DNA from: Clostridiales bacterium
Lineage (GTDB): Bacteria > Bacillota > Clostridia > Christensenellales > CAG-314
DNA length: 55,308 nt
Assembly: GCA_004558105.1 (NCBI GenBank)
Contig: SFEB01000001.1
Span: 1-55,308, forward strand
Reading direction: 5' to 3'
Shown here piece after piece: positions 35,752-45,830 of this stretch. Within the stretch, counting starts at the first letter, position 1. Each line of letters starts with the position of its first letter. The notes beneath the pieces are model-generated. The model did no database searches, had not been told where the DNA came from, and saw nothing but the letters and a program-made list of their open reading frames with translations. Made by a program: the position numbers and the translations under genes.

Positions 35752-36328
35752 CTTGTTAATAATTATTGTAAGTGCTGTCTTCGTCAACAATTTCGTCGTC
35801 GTTCAGTTTTTGGGTATCTGTCCCTTCCTCGGAGTATCTAAAAAGACGGAATCCGCTTTCGGTATGGGCGTTGCCGTTATATTCGTTATGACGGTAGCCA
35901 GTCTGGTTTGCTATTGCCTGTACAACTACGTTTTAGTACCCGTGGGTATTACTTACTTAAAAACGATAGTATTTATCTTCGTTATAGCCAGTCTCGTTCA
36001 GATTCTTGAAATGGTATTAAAGAAGTTTGCTCCGGCGTTGTACCGTTCTATGGGGGTTTATTTGCCCCTTATCACGACCAACTGCGCCATACTCGGCGTT
36101 GCGGAACTCAACCTTACTTCCGCTATGGTTACCAACGTATTGACGGCGACGCTTAACGGCTTTTTCAGCGGTATCGGTTTCTTGCTCGCTATCGTTTTGT
36201 TGTCGGGCGTAAGAGAAAAAGTCGATAAACTGCCTATCGCAAAGCCCCTCAAAGGGTTTCCCATCACGATGATTTGCGCTTGCTTTATGGCGATGGCGTT
36301 TTACGTTTTCGGTACGGTTGCATTGTAG
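35744..36328 (+). CDS. rnfA: Rnf complex subunit A
   Basis: NNFVVVQFLGICPFLGVS, GVYLPLITTNCAILG, typical of RnfA/NqrE. Confidence 0.9.
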   Translation: MANLLIIIVSAVFVNNFVVVQFLGICPFLGVSKKTESAFGMGVAVIFVMTVASLVCYCLYNYVLVPVGITYLKTIVFIFVIASLVQILEMVLKKFAPALYRSMGVYLPLITTNCAILGVAELNLTSAMVTNVLTATLNGFFSGIGFLLAIVLLSGVREKVDKLPIAKPLKGFPITMICACFMAMAFYVFGTVAL

Positions 36329-36338
36329 GAGGTAAAAA

Positions 36339-37181
36339 ATGAGTTATTCGGATTTTATGTTTTTGGCGGCGACCTCCGTCGATTGGGGCAAATTCTTTAT
36401 CGTAGTTGGTATCATGGCGGGTATCGGCTTGATATTTTCCTTGCTTATCATTTTAATATCGAAATACTGCGTCGTTCATGAAGACCCGAAAATTGCGGAA
36501 GTTTCCGCTCATCTGTGCGGCGCAAACTGCGGCGGCTGCGGCTATCCCGGTTGCGACGGATTTGCAAAAGCGTTGGTGGAGGGCAAAGCGTCTATCGACG
36601 ACTGCGGTCAGACCACCAAAGAAAACAAGATAGAAATCAGTAATATTCTGGGCGTTTCTTACTCCGGCGGCACCGAAACTATAGCGGTAGTAAGCTGTAA
36701 CGGCGGTACGAACTGCGGTGATAAGTACTCTTACCAGGGTTACGGCAGTTGCGTAAGTCAACAGATTTTAGCTAACGGTCGCAAGCAATGTGAAGTAGGT
36801 TGCATGGGCGCCGGCAGTTGCGTCGACGCTTGCCCTAATCTTGCTATCGAGTGCAGAGACGGTTATGCTCAGATAGATCCCGCTCTTTGCGTGAGTTGCG
36901 GCATTTGTATAAAAACTTGTCCCAAAAAACTCATCAAACGGATTCCCAAAGACGCAAAGGTTTACGTCGCTTGCAGCACTCAATGTAAAGGCAGAGAGGT
37001 TGTGGATATGTGTAAATCGGGTTGTATCAGTTGCGGCATTTGCCAAAAATTCTGTCCCAACGACGCGATACATCTCGTAAATAACGTTCCCATTATCGAC
37101 TACTCCAAGTGTAACGGTTGCGGAACTTGCAAAGCAAAATGTCCTCGTCACGTTATCAAGTCGGTATATGAGGAGAAATAA
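36339..37181 (+). CDS. rnfB: Rnf complex subunit B (polyferredoxin)
   Basis: N-terminal TM, CGGCGYPGCDGFA 4Fe-4S-like domain, then several CxxCxxCxxxCP ferredoxin motifs. Confidence 0.9.
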   Translation: MSYSDFMFLAATSVDWGKFFIVVGIMAGIGLIFSLLIILISKYCVVHEDPKIAEVSAHLCGANCGGCGYPGCDGFAKALVEGKASIDDCGQTTKENKIEISNILGVSYSGGTETIAVVSCNGGTNCGDKYSYQGYGSCVSQQILANGRKQCEVGCMGAGSCVDACPNLAIECRDGYAQIDPALCVSCGICIKTCPKKLIKRIPKDAKVYVACSTQCKGREVVDMCKSGCISCGICQKFCPNDAIHLVNNVPIIDYSKCNGCGTCKAKCPRHVIKSVYEEK

Positions 37182-37212
37182 CGTAGATTAAGCCAAATAA
37201 GCGGATAAATTT

Positions 37213-37240
37213 AAAGGCGTGGTCAGCTACGCCTTTTATT
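37213..37240 (+). terminator. Rho-independent terminator after rnfB
   Basis: Stem aggcgtgg/ctacgcct around a tcag loop, followed by TTTTATTT. Confidence 0.7.
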
Positions 37241-37303
37241 TACGTCTAAAAAGACTTAACTTTCACCAAAATATGTAAATAAGGTGAAATTTTGAGTTTT
37301 GTA

Positions 37304-37332
37304 TTTACAATTATTATTTTTTGTGATAGAAT
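37304..37332 (+). promoter_or_regulatory. Candidate sigma-A promoter for ppx-maf-mreB-like genes
   Basis: TTTACA (37304-37309), 17-nt spacer, TAGAAT (37327-37332). Confidence 0.5.
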
Positions 37333-37404
37333 TTGCAAAGAAAATATCGTGGGCTTTTTGTTTGCAGACAAAGCCCGACCAATAAAAACGGAGAGTTAGG
37401 TTTT

Positions 37405-38925
37405 ATGGAAAGAGTAGGTGTTATCGATTTAGGCAGTAATACGGCGAGATTAGTCATTTTTGACGTTTTGGACGGCGGCTATTTCGTTACCGTGGACGAA
37501 ACGCGTGAAGGAGTAAGACTCGGGGAGACGGAAGAGGACGGTAGTCTCAAAGCTACGAGAGTTTTGCAAGCAATCAATACCGTAAAAACTTTTAAAAAGA
37601 TTTGCGCCATTTACAAAGTTGACAATATACAGGCCGTTGCGACGGCGGCGGTAAGGCGCGCGCGCAATCAACGCACCTTTTTAAACGAGATGTACACCGC
37701 TACCGGCGTAAGATTCCGCGTACTTTCTCAGGAAGAAGAGGTAGGCTATATTTACCAGGGCGTCATCAACTCAATGGACATTCCGAAAGGGCTTATTATG
37801 GAAATCGGCGGAGGCAGTACCAAATTCGTTTACTACAACCGTCGCAATATTCTTGAAACCGCGGTGTTGCCCGTAGGAGCGGTAACACTGACGGAAATGT
37901 TTTGCCATCAGGAGGGCAAGAATCCGGAAGAGTGCTCGGTCGATATGGAAGAATACTTTAAAGGTTTGTTGCAGTCGATAGATTGGTTGAAAGAAATCGA
38001 CCCTGACACGCAACTTATCGGATTGGGCGGAACTTTCCGTAATTTGTCGAGAATAATAAGAAAAATTACGAAATATCCTCTGGACATGACGCACAACCAC
38101 GTTATCAACGTCAGCGATATTTACGGTTTATACGATAATATAAAGGGACTTGACGTCAGCCAAAGACAAAAGATAAAAGGTTTGTCGATGGTGAGAGCGG
38201 ACGTTTTCCCGAGTGCGCTGTCGGCAATCAAAGGCTTTTTGGATTACATGGATTTTGACAAAGTCACAACTTGTTGCACGGGGCTAAGAGAGGGTATAAT
38301 GTTCAATTATGCTGTACCCGGTACTCTTGAAAAACCCATTACCGACGTTCTCGGACACAGTTTGCTGACTTCCGTTGCGCATCTGAATTGCGATCCCGCT
38401 CACGCAGAACACGTATTTAACCTGAGTATGCAACTCTTTAAGCAGTTGAGAGTTTTACACAAATTCCCCAGAGCGTATCTTAAGGTGTTAAGAGTTGCGG
38501 CGATGCTGTGCGATACCGGTAAGTCGATTAAGTTTTATAACAATGCCAAGCATACGGCTTATTACATTCTTAACAGTAATACCTACGGTATTTCTCACAA
38601 AGATCTCGTTATGGCGGCACTTATCACCGATTACTACAACAAAGAGGACAGTAATTGGAATAGTTGGAAGAAGTACAGCGATTATAACATTATCAGTGAA
38701 GAAGACGTGGCGGCGGTTAAAAAGCTTGCAGTTATTTTAAAACTTGCGCAGGCACTCGATGCAAGCCATGCAGGCGTAATTACGGAACTTAATTGCGACG
38801 TGCTGGGTGACAGCGTTATCATGAAGACTGAACTCAACGGCGACGCTTCGTTAGAGAAGAAATGCGCCGACGACGTAGTCCTCGATTTCAGACGCGTATA
38901 TAGAAAGAATCTGGAAATTATTTAA
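37405..38925 (+). CDS. ppx: Ppx/GppA family exopolyphosphatase / guanosine pentaphosphate phosphohydrolase
   Basis: ATG-37405 gives MERVGVIDLGSNTARL (ASKHA phosphate-1 motif). EIGGGST, GLGGTFRNL, C-terminal HD-like helical domain. Confidence 0.85.
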   Translation: MERVGVIDLGSNTARLVIFDVLDGGYFVTVDETREGVRLGETEEDGSLKATRVLQAINTVKTFKKICAIYKVDNIQAVATAAVRRARNQRTFLNEMYTATGVRFRVLSQEEEVGYIYQGVINSMDIPKGLIMEIGGGSTKFVYYNRRNILETAVLPVGAVTLTEMFCHQEGKNPEECSVDMEEYFKGLLQSIDWLKEIDPDTQLIGLGGTFRNLSRIIRKITKYPLDMTHNHVINVSDIYGLYDNIKGLDVSQRQKIKGLSMVRADVFPSALSAIKGFLDYMDFDKVTTCCTGLREGIMFNYAVPGTLEKPITDVLGHSLLTSVAHLNCDPAHAEHVFNLSMQLFKQLRVLHKFPRAYLKVLRVAAMLCDTGKSIKFYNNAKHTAYYILNSNTYGISHKDLVMAALITDYYNKEDSNWNSWKKYSDYNIISEEDVAAVKKLAVILKLAQALDASHAGVITELNCDVLGDSVIMKTELNGDASLEKKCADDVVLDFRRVYRKNLEII

Positions 38926-39492
38926 ATGAAGCAAGTTGTTTTAGCGTCTGCCTCTCCGCGTCGGAAAGAGTTGCTGGGCAAGGTTGTTTCGGAATTTTCC
39001 GTTTGTCCTTGCAATATGGAAGAGGGACGTCCCGCTTTAAAGCCTTCGGAATACGTAAAATACCTTGCAGGGTTTAAGGCAAGGTGCGTTTACGATACCT
39101 TGGCGGATAAAGTCGATAAAGTTGTCGTCGGGAGCGATACGATAGTGGTTTTAAAGGGTAAGATACTCGGCAAACCGATTGACTCTGCAGAGGCGAAAGA
39201 AATGTTACGAGCTCTGTCGGGTAGAACTCACTCGGTATTTACAGGCGTATGCATTTTGTCGGAAAAAAAAGAAAAAACTTTTTTCGTTGCTACCCGTGTG
39301 CGGTTTTTTAATCTTAGCGACGATCAGATAGACGACTATATCGCAACAGGCAGTGCGCTTGACAAGGCAGGCGCCTACGGGATACAAGACAGCGGTTTTG
39401 TTAAAAAAATAGTCGGCAGTTACGACAACGTAATGGGTTTACCCACCGAAAGATTAAGAAAAGAACTCAAATCTTTTTTAACTAACAAATAG
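38926..39492 (+). CDS. maf: Maf-like nucleoside triphosphate pyrophosphatase
   Basis: VLASASPRRKELL, VVGSDTIV, GKP, KAGAYGIQ. Confidence 0.9.
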   Translation: MKQVVLASASPRRKELLGKVVSEFSVCPCNMEEGRPALKPSEYVKYLAGFKARCVYDTLADKVDKVVVGSDTIVVLKGKILGKPIDSAEAKEMLRALSGRTHSVFTGVCILSEKKEKTFFVATRVRFFNLSDDQIDDYIATGSALDKAGAYGIQDSGFVKKIVGSYDNVMGLPTERLRKELKSFLTNK

Positions 39493-39502
39493 GAGAAGAA
39501 AA

Positions 39503-40492
39503 ATGGCAAAAATGGATATTGTTGTCGATATAGGCAGCAAATTTTTAGGTCTCGGAATAGTCGACAGAGATTTTGTTTCCCGCGAGCCTTGCGTCGTGGC
39601 GGAAGAGAAACAGCATATAAAGAATAATTACGTAGCTTTCGGCATCAAGGCATTGCAGGCTGAAAAAAACGACGACGGCAGTTGTACCATTATTCATCCC
39701 GTTCAGAACGGTCAGATTATAGACGCGGACGCATTTGAATATCTTTTGACGTGTTCGCTTCAAAAGATTTTGCCGTCCAGCGCATTTTTGCCCAAAATGA
39801 AGGCTTATTGCGTTATATCCTGTTGTACTTCGGACGAAACGAAAAAGATTATCGATAATATCTTCAATAAGTTGGGATTTAAGAAGGTCGAATTTGTATA
39901 TTCTCCCGTTGCAGACGCTTTTTCCGCGCGTAAGGAAATAGGTTTTTCTTCCTGTATTACGATAAACATGGGAAACGAGCTTACTCAGATTTGCGCGGTA
40001 GATGGGGATAAAATTATTTCCGGCGTAACGATGCAATGGGCAGGCGTGCAACTTCTGGCTAAGATAACGGAATACGCAAGAAATAAGTACAATATGGTGA
40101 TAGGACCCAAGCAAGCGGACAAGATACTCGTAAACAGTATTAGCCTTTATCCCAATAATATGTCCACCATAAGAATCAAAGGCGTGAATACTTTGAAAAA
40201 CGTAGAGGAGTACTTTGAAATTTCTTCGCGTGAATTGTACGAGACGACTTATGAATTCTTCGAAAAAATCGTCGATATCGCAAACAGTCTTTTTATGTCG
40301 TTGCCCATAAGCAAAGTGGAAAAAATACGTTCTAACGGCGTAGTGCTTTTCGGCGGATTGGCGGCAGTGGAAGGATTGGAAAAGTTTCTGGTCGAGGCGT
40401 TAAAGATGCCTGTACGTTTAAAGTTGAATTCTGAAAACAGCGGCGTAGAAGGCGCAAAGGTATATGCGGAAATGATAAACAGTCAGAACTGA
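39503..40492 (+). CDS. Divergent MreB/actin-like protein with degenerate nucleotide-binding motifs
   Basis: Collinear with MreB over the full length (REPCVVA, HPVQNGQIID, YNMVIGPKQADKI, GVVLFGG..AVEGLEKFL..ALKMPV). Phosphate-1 reads DIGSKFLG, phosphate-2 INMGNELTQ, adenosine motif FGGLA. Confidence 0.7.
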   Translation: MAKMDIVVDIGSKFLGLGIVDRDFVSREPCVVAEEKQHIKNNYVAFGIKALQAEKNDDGSCTIIHPVQNGQIIDADAFEYLLTCSLQKILPSSAFLPKMKAYCVISCCTSDETKKIIDNIFNKLGFKKVEFVYSPVADAFSARKEIGFSSCITINMGNELTQICAVDGDKIISGVTMQWAGVQLLAKITEYARNKYNMVIGPKQADKILVNSISLYPNNMSTIRIKGVNTLKNVEEYFEISSRELYETTYEFFEKIVDIANSLFMSLPISKVEKIRSNGVVLFGGLAAVEGLEKFLVEALKMPVRLKLNSENSGVEGAKVYAEMINSQN

Positions 40493-40615
40493 CCGTAAAA
40501 AAGTACTTCCTAGACGACTGTGAAAAAAGTTTCACAAAGAAATTTAAAAAAAAATTGACACTTTTTTTCGTTTTCAACTGTCATGATAGCGAAGACACTA
40601 CGAGGAGGTCTTAGT

Positions 40616-41473
40616 ATGAAGAAAAAGTTACTTTTATCCGTGGTATGTATTATTCTGGCATGCCTGTGTTTTTTATCGGTAGGTTGCGCCAAAAATAACG
40701 ATGTGGGCGGAGATTATTATCCGAATAACGTCGGTCCGGAGAGTACTGACAAATCAGAATCCGGGTCGGGTGATTCGTCGACGGAAACTTCGCCTGACAG
40801 AAAGATTATTTATTCGGTTTACGTTAGTTACGTTGTAGACAACCTCGAGGGTTGCGAAGAAAGTATTTCTTCAAAACTTAAAAACGACGAATGGGTAGAG
40901 AGCAGCAGTCTCAGTCAGGATTACGCTACCGTTGTGGTAAGAATCAAGACCGAAAGATTGGACGAATTTATGTCGTCTTTGGACGGGCTGGGAGAAATCA
41001 GCAGTTACACTAAGGAATCCGAAGACATTTCCGAAAGATATTACGACAAGACGGTAAGGAAAACCGCGTTGGAAAACGAGCAGACAAGGCTGTTGGAATT
41101 GCAGGAAAAGGCAACGACGCTTGCCGATTTGCTTGCGATCAATACTCGCCTGAGTGAAATCGACGCGGAACTGGCGTCAATCAACGGCACTTTAAACAAA
41201 TACGACAGTCTCGTCGAATACAGTACCGTTACGATAAATTTGCGCGTAACGTACCGGGGTACGGAATACACGTTCTGGGACCAACTTTTAGACGGACTTT
41301 CAATCGGACTTGATATTGCAGGCGGGTTATTGATATTTATCATTTGTGCCATTCCTTACGGCGCAGTCGCCACGGGGATTTTCTTCCTTGTCCGTTATCT
41401 GGTGAGAAGGAATAAGGCGAAAAAAGCGGCAAAAGAGGCGGCAAAGAGAGAACAGGACAACCGCACCGAATAG
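40616..41473 (+). CDS. Lipoprotein with coiled-coil and C-terminal TM (DUF4349-like)
   Basis: ATG-40616 has a GAGGAGG SD. Signal peptide with lipobox LSVGC. Central heptad-rich region. C-terminal TM pair and a basic tail, an architecture typical of DUF4349. Confidence 0.65.
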   Translation: MKKKLLLSVVCIILACLCFLSVGCAKNNDVGGDYYPNNVGPESTDKSESGSGDSSTETSPDRKIIYSVYVSYVVDNLEGCEESISSKLKNDEWVESSSLSQDYATVVVRIKTERLDEFMSSLDGLGEISSYTKESEDISERYYDKTVRKTALENEQTRLLELQEKATTLADLLAINTRLSEIDAELASINGTLNKYDSLVEYSTVTINLRVTYRGTEYTFWDQLLDGLSIGLDIAGGLLIFIICAIPYGAVATGIFFLVRYLVRRNKAKKAAKEAAKREQDNRTE

Positions 41474-41500
41474 ACGAACGGAAAAAATTATAAAAAATTT

Positions 41501-41537
41501 AAAAAAACTCCCTTTTTTTAGGGGAGTTTTTATTTTT
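41501..41537 (+). terminator. Rho-independent terminator
   Basis: Stem aactccc/gggagtt followed by TTTTTATTTTT. Confidence 0.7.
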
Positions 41538-41608
41538 GCGTTGAATAATATTGTCGGAGCGAAAAAAGGGAGAGTTTTTTTAAGGAACGAGAGATAAGGA
41601 AAAGGGAT

Positions 41609-43399
41609 ATGAACGACAAAGAATGGTATGATTTTTTGGCAGAGTTAAAAGCAAAAAACGATATCGTCGACGTGATATCTTCTTACCTGCCCGTAAGACA
41701 AAAGGGCAGGGGATTTTGGGCGCTCTGTCCGTTTCACAACGACCGAAATCCTTCGCTGTCGATTAACAGAGAGGGGCAGTATTACCATTGTTTCGTTTGC
41801 GGCGCGGGCGGAGATATATTCAGGTTTATCCAGAATTACGAAAACTGTACTTTTATGGAGGCGGTGGAAATTTTAGCTCAGAGAGCAAACGTCCGTATGC
41901 CTCAGTTCAATCCCGAGGCGGAAAAAAACATTGCCGAAAAAAAACGTGTTAAAGATAGTTGTTTCGACGTGTGTTTGTTTGCCGCAAAGTACTATCGTGC
42001 CTGTATAAAAAAACCCGAAAACAAGTTTGCTGTGGATTATCTGACGGGGCGGAATATTACCGACGAGACGATAAAACGTTTCGGTTTCGGTTATTCCGAC
42101 AGTTGGGAAGGGTTGGCAGACGCATTGAAGAGAGAAGGAAAAAACCTTGATACGGCGGTAAAAGCCGGGTTGTTGGTCAGACGCGACGACGGCAGATATT
42201 TCGACGCATTGGCTAATCGTCTTATCGTTCCCATATTTGACGTCAACGGCAGAGTTATCGCTTTCGGTGGTCGGACGTTCAGCAAGGACAAGGACGTTGC
42301 AAAATATAAAAATACTTCCGTCACGCCGGTGTTCGACAAGAGCAAAACGCTGTACGCGCTTAATTTTGCAAAAAAGGCGAAACAAAGCGGACAATTGTCG
42401 GATTATCTGATTATCGTGGAAGGGTACATGGACGCGATAGCGCTTCATCAGGCAGGATTTGTACAAGCCGTTGCAAGCATGGGCACGTCGCTTACCGTCG
42501 AACAGGCTCGTCAGGCCAAGCGACTGGTTTCTACCGTCTACATCTGTTACGACGGCGACGCGGCAGGGCAAAACGCAACGGTAAGGGGTCTGGATATTCT
42601 TAAAGAACAAGGTCTTGACGTAAGGGTTGTTACCATGCCGGACGGAGTGGACCCCGACGAGTACGTTGCGCAAAACGGTGTGGAAGCGTACAGGTTGCTG
42701 TTGTCAAAAGCGTTGCCCCTGGTTGATTATAAGCTTGCTTTGGCGGAAAAAGCCTTTAAGCCCAAATCCGATTCGAAATCGGCGATAAACGAGTATCGCA
42801 GAAAATACGCCGCAAAGGCGTTAGAGATACTTATGCCGTTGTCCGACGTGGACAGAGAAAGTTATCTGCCTGCGTTGTCGACGGCAACCGGAATGACGGT
42901 AGAATTTTTAAGAGCGCAACTCATGAGCGGAAAGATTGAAGTTGCGGAAAGCAAAGAAACGGGTGTTAAACCGCCTCAGGACGTTTCTCAGGACGACAAG
43001 GCAGTTGCGTACGTTTTGGCAAGTAAGCTCAATAATTTTTCATATGCCGACGACGGTCTGTCTTTTAACGGCGATAACGTTTTGTTTAATAAAATATTCG
43101 ACATGATTACAAATGCGAAAAAAGAGGGCAAAACGGTAAAGTTCGGAGATATTTACATGTTGGAGGACGCTGACTCATATTCCGAAAGCCTGAGAGTGTT
43201 GCAGGACGTTGAATTTGTAGATGAGGACGTGGACAAAAAGTCTTATCGCGACTGCGTAGATATCCTGCTGAAAAAGGATTTAAAAACAAAACTGGAAAAA
43301 TTGAAAAATCAATATGCAATTACTTCGGATACGACGGAAAAACGCAATATCTTAATGGAAATTGCAGAAATTACCAAAAAAATAAATTCAAAAGCTTAA
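41609..43399 (+). CDS. dnaG: DNA primase
   Basis: Zn-finger [13 protein letters not shown]....[14 protein letters not shown] polymerase core, TOPRIM (EGYMD, DGDAAG). Confidence 0.9.
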   Translation: MNDKEWYDFLAELKAKNDIVDVISSYLPVRQKGRGFWALCPFHNDRNPSLSINREGQYYHCFVCGAGGDIFRFIQNYENCTFMEAVEILAQRANVRMPQFNPEAEKNIAEKKRVKDSCFDVCLFAAKYYRACIKKPENKFAVDYLTGRNITDETIKRFGFGYSDSWEGLADALKREGKNLDTAVKAGLLVRRDDGRYFDALANRLIVPIFDVNGRVIAFGGRTFSKDKDVAKYKNTSVTPVFDKSKTLYALNFAKKAKQSGQLSDYLIIVEGYMDAIALHQAGFVQAVASMGTSLTVEQARQAKRLVSTVYICYDGDAAGQNATVRGLDILKEQGLDVRVVTMPDGVDPDEYVAQNGVEAYRLLLSKALPLVDYKLALAEKAFKPKSDSKSAINEYRRKYAAKALEILMPLSDVDRESYLPALSTATGMTVEFLRAQLMSGKIEVAESKETGVKPPQDVSQDDKAVAYVLASKLNNFSYADDGLSFNGDNVLFNKIFDMITNAKKEGKTVKFGDIYMLEDADSYSESLRVLQDVEFVDEDVDKKSYRDCVDILLKKDLKTKLEKLKNQYAITSDTTEKRNILMEIAEITKKINSKA

Positions 43400-43419
43400 T
43401 CGGAGGAAAAAGTTTTTTT

Positions 43420-44481
43420 ATGGAAAACAACGAGAAACAACAATTGATAGCCGAATTTTTGCGCGAAATCAGACAAGATAACGCCAAGGGTTACGTTACT
43501 TACGAAGAAATCGAGGCAAAAATCGAAAAGATGCACCTTAATCTGGGGGAAGAAGAAAACGCCGAACTTTACAAGGCAATGGACGAAGCCAATATCAACA
43601 TAGTGGATATTGCTCCGAATACTTTGGATTTAGCAAAGGGCATAGCCGACGTCAGCATTGACGACCCCGTAAAAATGTACCTCAAGGATATCGGTAAAGT
43701 TCCTCTTTTAAGCGGTGAAGAAGAAGCGAGACTTGCCCAACTTATGCAGGAAGGCGATGAGGATGCAAAACAAAAATTGAGCGAAGCCAATCTTCGTCTC
43801 GTCGTATCCATTGCAAAAAGATACGTCGGCAGAGGAATGCAATTTCTCGACCTGATACAGGAAGGCAACCTCGGTCTTATGAAAGCGGTGGACAAGTTTG
43901 ACTACACCAAAGGATTCAAGTTTTCGACCTACGCCACCTGGTGGATAAGGCAAGCCATCACCCGCGCCATAGCCGACCAGGCGCGCACCATTCGTATTCC
44001 CGTACATATGGTTGAGACCATCAACCGTCAGGTAAGAGTCAGTCGCAGTTTATTGCAACAACTCGGGCGCGAACCGACTCCCGAAGAAATTGCCAACGAA
44101 ATGGGCGTTCCGGAGGAGAAAGTAATAGAAATACAAAAAATAGCGCAGGATCCCGTAAGCCTGGAAACGCCTATCGGCGAAGAAGAGGACAGTCATCTCG
44201 TTGATTTTATCGAAGACGACAAAACGGTCGCTCCCAGCGACGTTGCCGCATATGCGGTATTGAAGGAGCAAATGCTCAGCGTTCTTCACAAACTCACACC
44301 GAGAGAAGAAATGGTATTGAGACTTCGCTACGGTATAGACGACGGCAGACCCCGCACGTTGGAAGAAGTTGGCAAAGAGTTTAACGTTACCAGAGAGCGT
44401 ATCAGACAGATAGAAGCAAAAGCGCTCCGTAAACTCCGCCATCCTTCCAAAAAGAAGAAGTTAGAGGATTTCCTCGACTGA
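43420..44481 (+). CDS. sigA: RNA polymerase primary sigma factor (sigma-70/SigA)
   Basis: [63 protein letters not shown], region 4 [27 protein letters not shown]. dnaG-sigA synteny. Confidence 0.95.
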   Translation: MENNEKQQLIAEFLREIRQDNAKGYVTYEEIEAKIEKMHLNLGEEENAELYKAMDEANINIVDIAPNTLDLAKGIADVSIDDPVKMYLKDIGKVPLLSGEEEARLAQLMQEGDEDAKQKLSEANLRLVVSIAKRYVGRGMQFLDLIQEGNLGLMKAVDKFDYTKGFKFSTYATWWIRQAITRAIADQARTIRIPVHMVETINRQVRVSRSLLQQLGREPTPEEIANEMGVPEEKVIEIQKIAQDPVSLETPIGEEEDSHLVDFIEDDKTVAPSDVAAYAVLKEQMLSVLHKLTPREEMVLRLRYGIDDGRPRTLEEVGKEFNVTRERIRQIEAKALRKLRHPSKKKKLEDFLD

Positions 44482-44483
44482 TT

Positions 44484-45125
44484 ATGAAAATTCCCGACAG
44501 AATTAAAATAATTCTTTCACTTATACCGCAATGCGACGTATTGATGGACGTAGGTTGTGACCATGGTATATTGGGCGTTGCGGCGTTGCAAGAAAAAAAA
44601 GTCGAAAAAGTCGTTTTTACGGATATAAGTCTTCCGTCTCTTAAAAAAGCCGAAGCGTTAGCAAAGCAGCAGGGTTTAGAGGATAAATGTCGGTTTTTAC
44701 ACGGCGACGGATTTTGCGGCGAGAGGGCGGATTGCGTCGTTATCGCCGGTATGGGCGGGAAGGAGATTTTAAAGATTATCGACAACGGAGGATTTCTCCC
44801 GGAGTACATGGTTCTTAATCCCATGCGTAACGCAGATACGGTACGACGGGCCTTGCAAGAAAAATACTTTTTCCAACTTGACGAGAAGTTTTTTGACAAA
44901 AAGTTTTACGACGTTATGGCGTTAAAACGGGGCGGCGACAGCCTGACGGAAACCGAGATAAAGTACGGTAAGACAAATATCGCCCTTTTTGGCAAAGACT
45001 TTATCAAATTTTTGCATTTGCAACAGTCAAAATATAATAAAATCAATGACGTCGCGAAAAGTTCAGAGGTAAAGAAAAACCTGGAAGAAATAGACGAGTT
45101 ATTGAGCAGGAGTAAAAATGTTTGA
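44484..45125 (+). CDS. trmK: tRNA (adenine22-N1)-methyltransferase
   Basis: DVGCDHG, GDG, VIAGMGG motifs as in B. subtilis YqfN/TrmK. Position downstream of sigA. Confidence 0.8.
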   Translation: MKIPDRIKIILSLIPQCDVLMDVGCDHGILGVAALQEKKVEKVVFTDISLPSLKKAEALAKQQGLEDKCRFLHGDGFCGERADCVVIAGMGGKEILKIIDNGGFLPEYMVLNPMRNADTVRRALQEKYFFQLDEKFFDKKFYDVMALKRGGDSLTETEIKYGKTNIALFGKDFIKFLHLQQSKYNKINDVAKSSEVKKNLEEIDELLSRSKNV

Positions 45126-45816
45126 AAATATAATAGAATATCAAAAGATTGACAGTCAATTAAAGGTTATCGAAAACGAACTCAGCTCAACAGAAGAGCG
45201 TAAACGCGTCCGCGCATGTCTGCAATTTCTCAAAGAGAGTGAAGAGAAACTTAAAAAGATGGAAAACGACGTGGCGGAAATCAACGCAAAATGCCTTGCA
45301 CTGAAAGAACAATACGAGGCAAATTGTCTTCTTCTTACCGAATACGAAAAGGGTGTAAGCAGTGCCATCGATCAGGACGAACTCAACTATTTGAAAAAGA
45401 AGTTCGCCGATTTAGTAAAGATAATGAACGGTATTGAAAAAGACATGTCGGCTTTGTCGCAGGAGGCAGCCAATATTTCCAGACAATTCGAGGAGATCAG
45501 AGCAAAATTACCTCAGGCAAAAAAGCAGTACAGCGAAGCAAAAGATAAGTTCGACGCTTTGAGAAAGGAAAGAGAACCCGAAGTAAGTGCGCTTCAACGC
45601 AAAAAAGCAGAGATAGAAAAACATCTTTCGCCCGAAATTTTAACCATTTACAAGGAGTTGAAGGCTCAGAACGTCCCGCGTCCGTTCGTTCCTTTGGAAG
45701 AACCCAACCGTTGCGGCGGTTGCCGTATGGATTTACCTGTCGGTAAACTCTCCGCATTGAGCGAAAAGGGCTATATTCGTTGTGAAAATTGCCATAGAAT
45801 AATTTATAAACAATAG
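45118..45816 (+). CDS. Coiled-coil protein with C-terminal C4 zinc ribbon (COG1579-like)
   Basis: About 190 aa of heptad-rich sequence, then CGGC...(x20)...CENC. Often neighbours the trmK/NIF3 locus in Firmicutes. Confidence 0.7.
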   Translation: MFENIIEYQKIDSQLKVIENELSSTEERKRVRACLQFLKESEEKLKKMENDVAEINAKCLALKEQYEANCLLLTEYEKGVSSAIDQDELNYLKKKFADLVKIMNGIEKDMSALSQEAANISRQFEEIRAKLPQAKKQYSEAKDKFDALRKEREPEVSALQRKKAEIEKHLSPEILTIYKELKAQNVPRPFVPLEEPNRCGGCRMDLPVGKLSALSEKGYIRCENCHRIIYKQ

Positions 45817-45830
45817 AGGAAAGACTGAAA

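Noticed and set aside
37351-37376. Hairpin (GGGCTTT...AAAGCCC) in the ppx leader as a possible attenuator or riboswitch
   Set aside because: It has no following T-tract and no recognisable riboswitch core, and the leader is only about 65 nt. It is noted only as possible mRNA structure.
41873-42673. 266-aa minus-strand ORF inside dnaG. Similar antisense ORFs occur at 9377-10416 (coaBC/priA), 39545-40114 (mreB-like), 52577-53218 (valS), 19097-19769 (malic enzyme) and 17126-17721 (rpe).
   Set aside because: All lie fully within genes that carry unmistakable conserved motifs on the other strand. They lack an SD and recognisable motifs, so they are frame-shadow ORFs.
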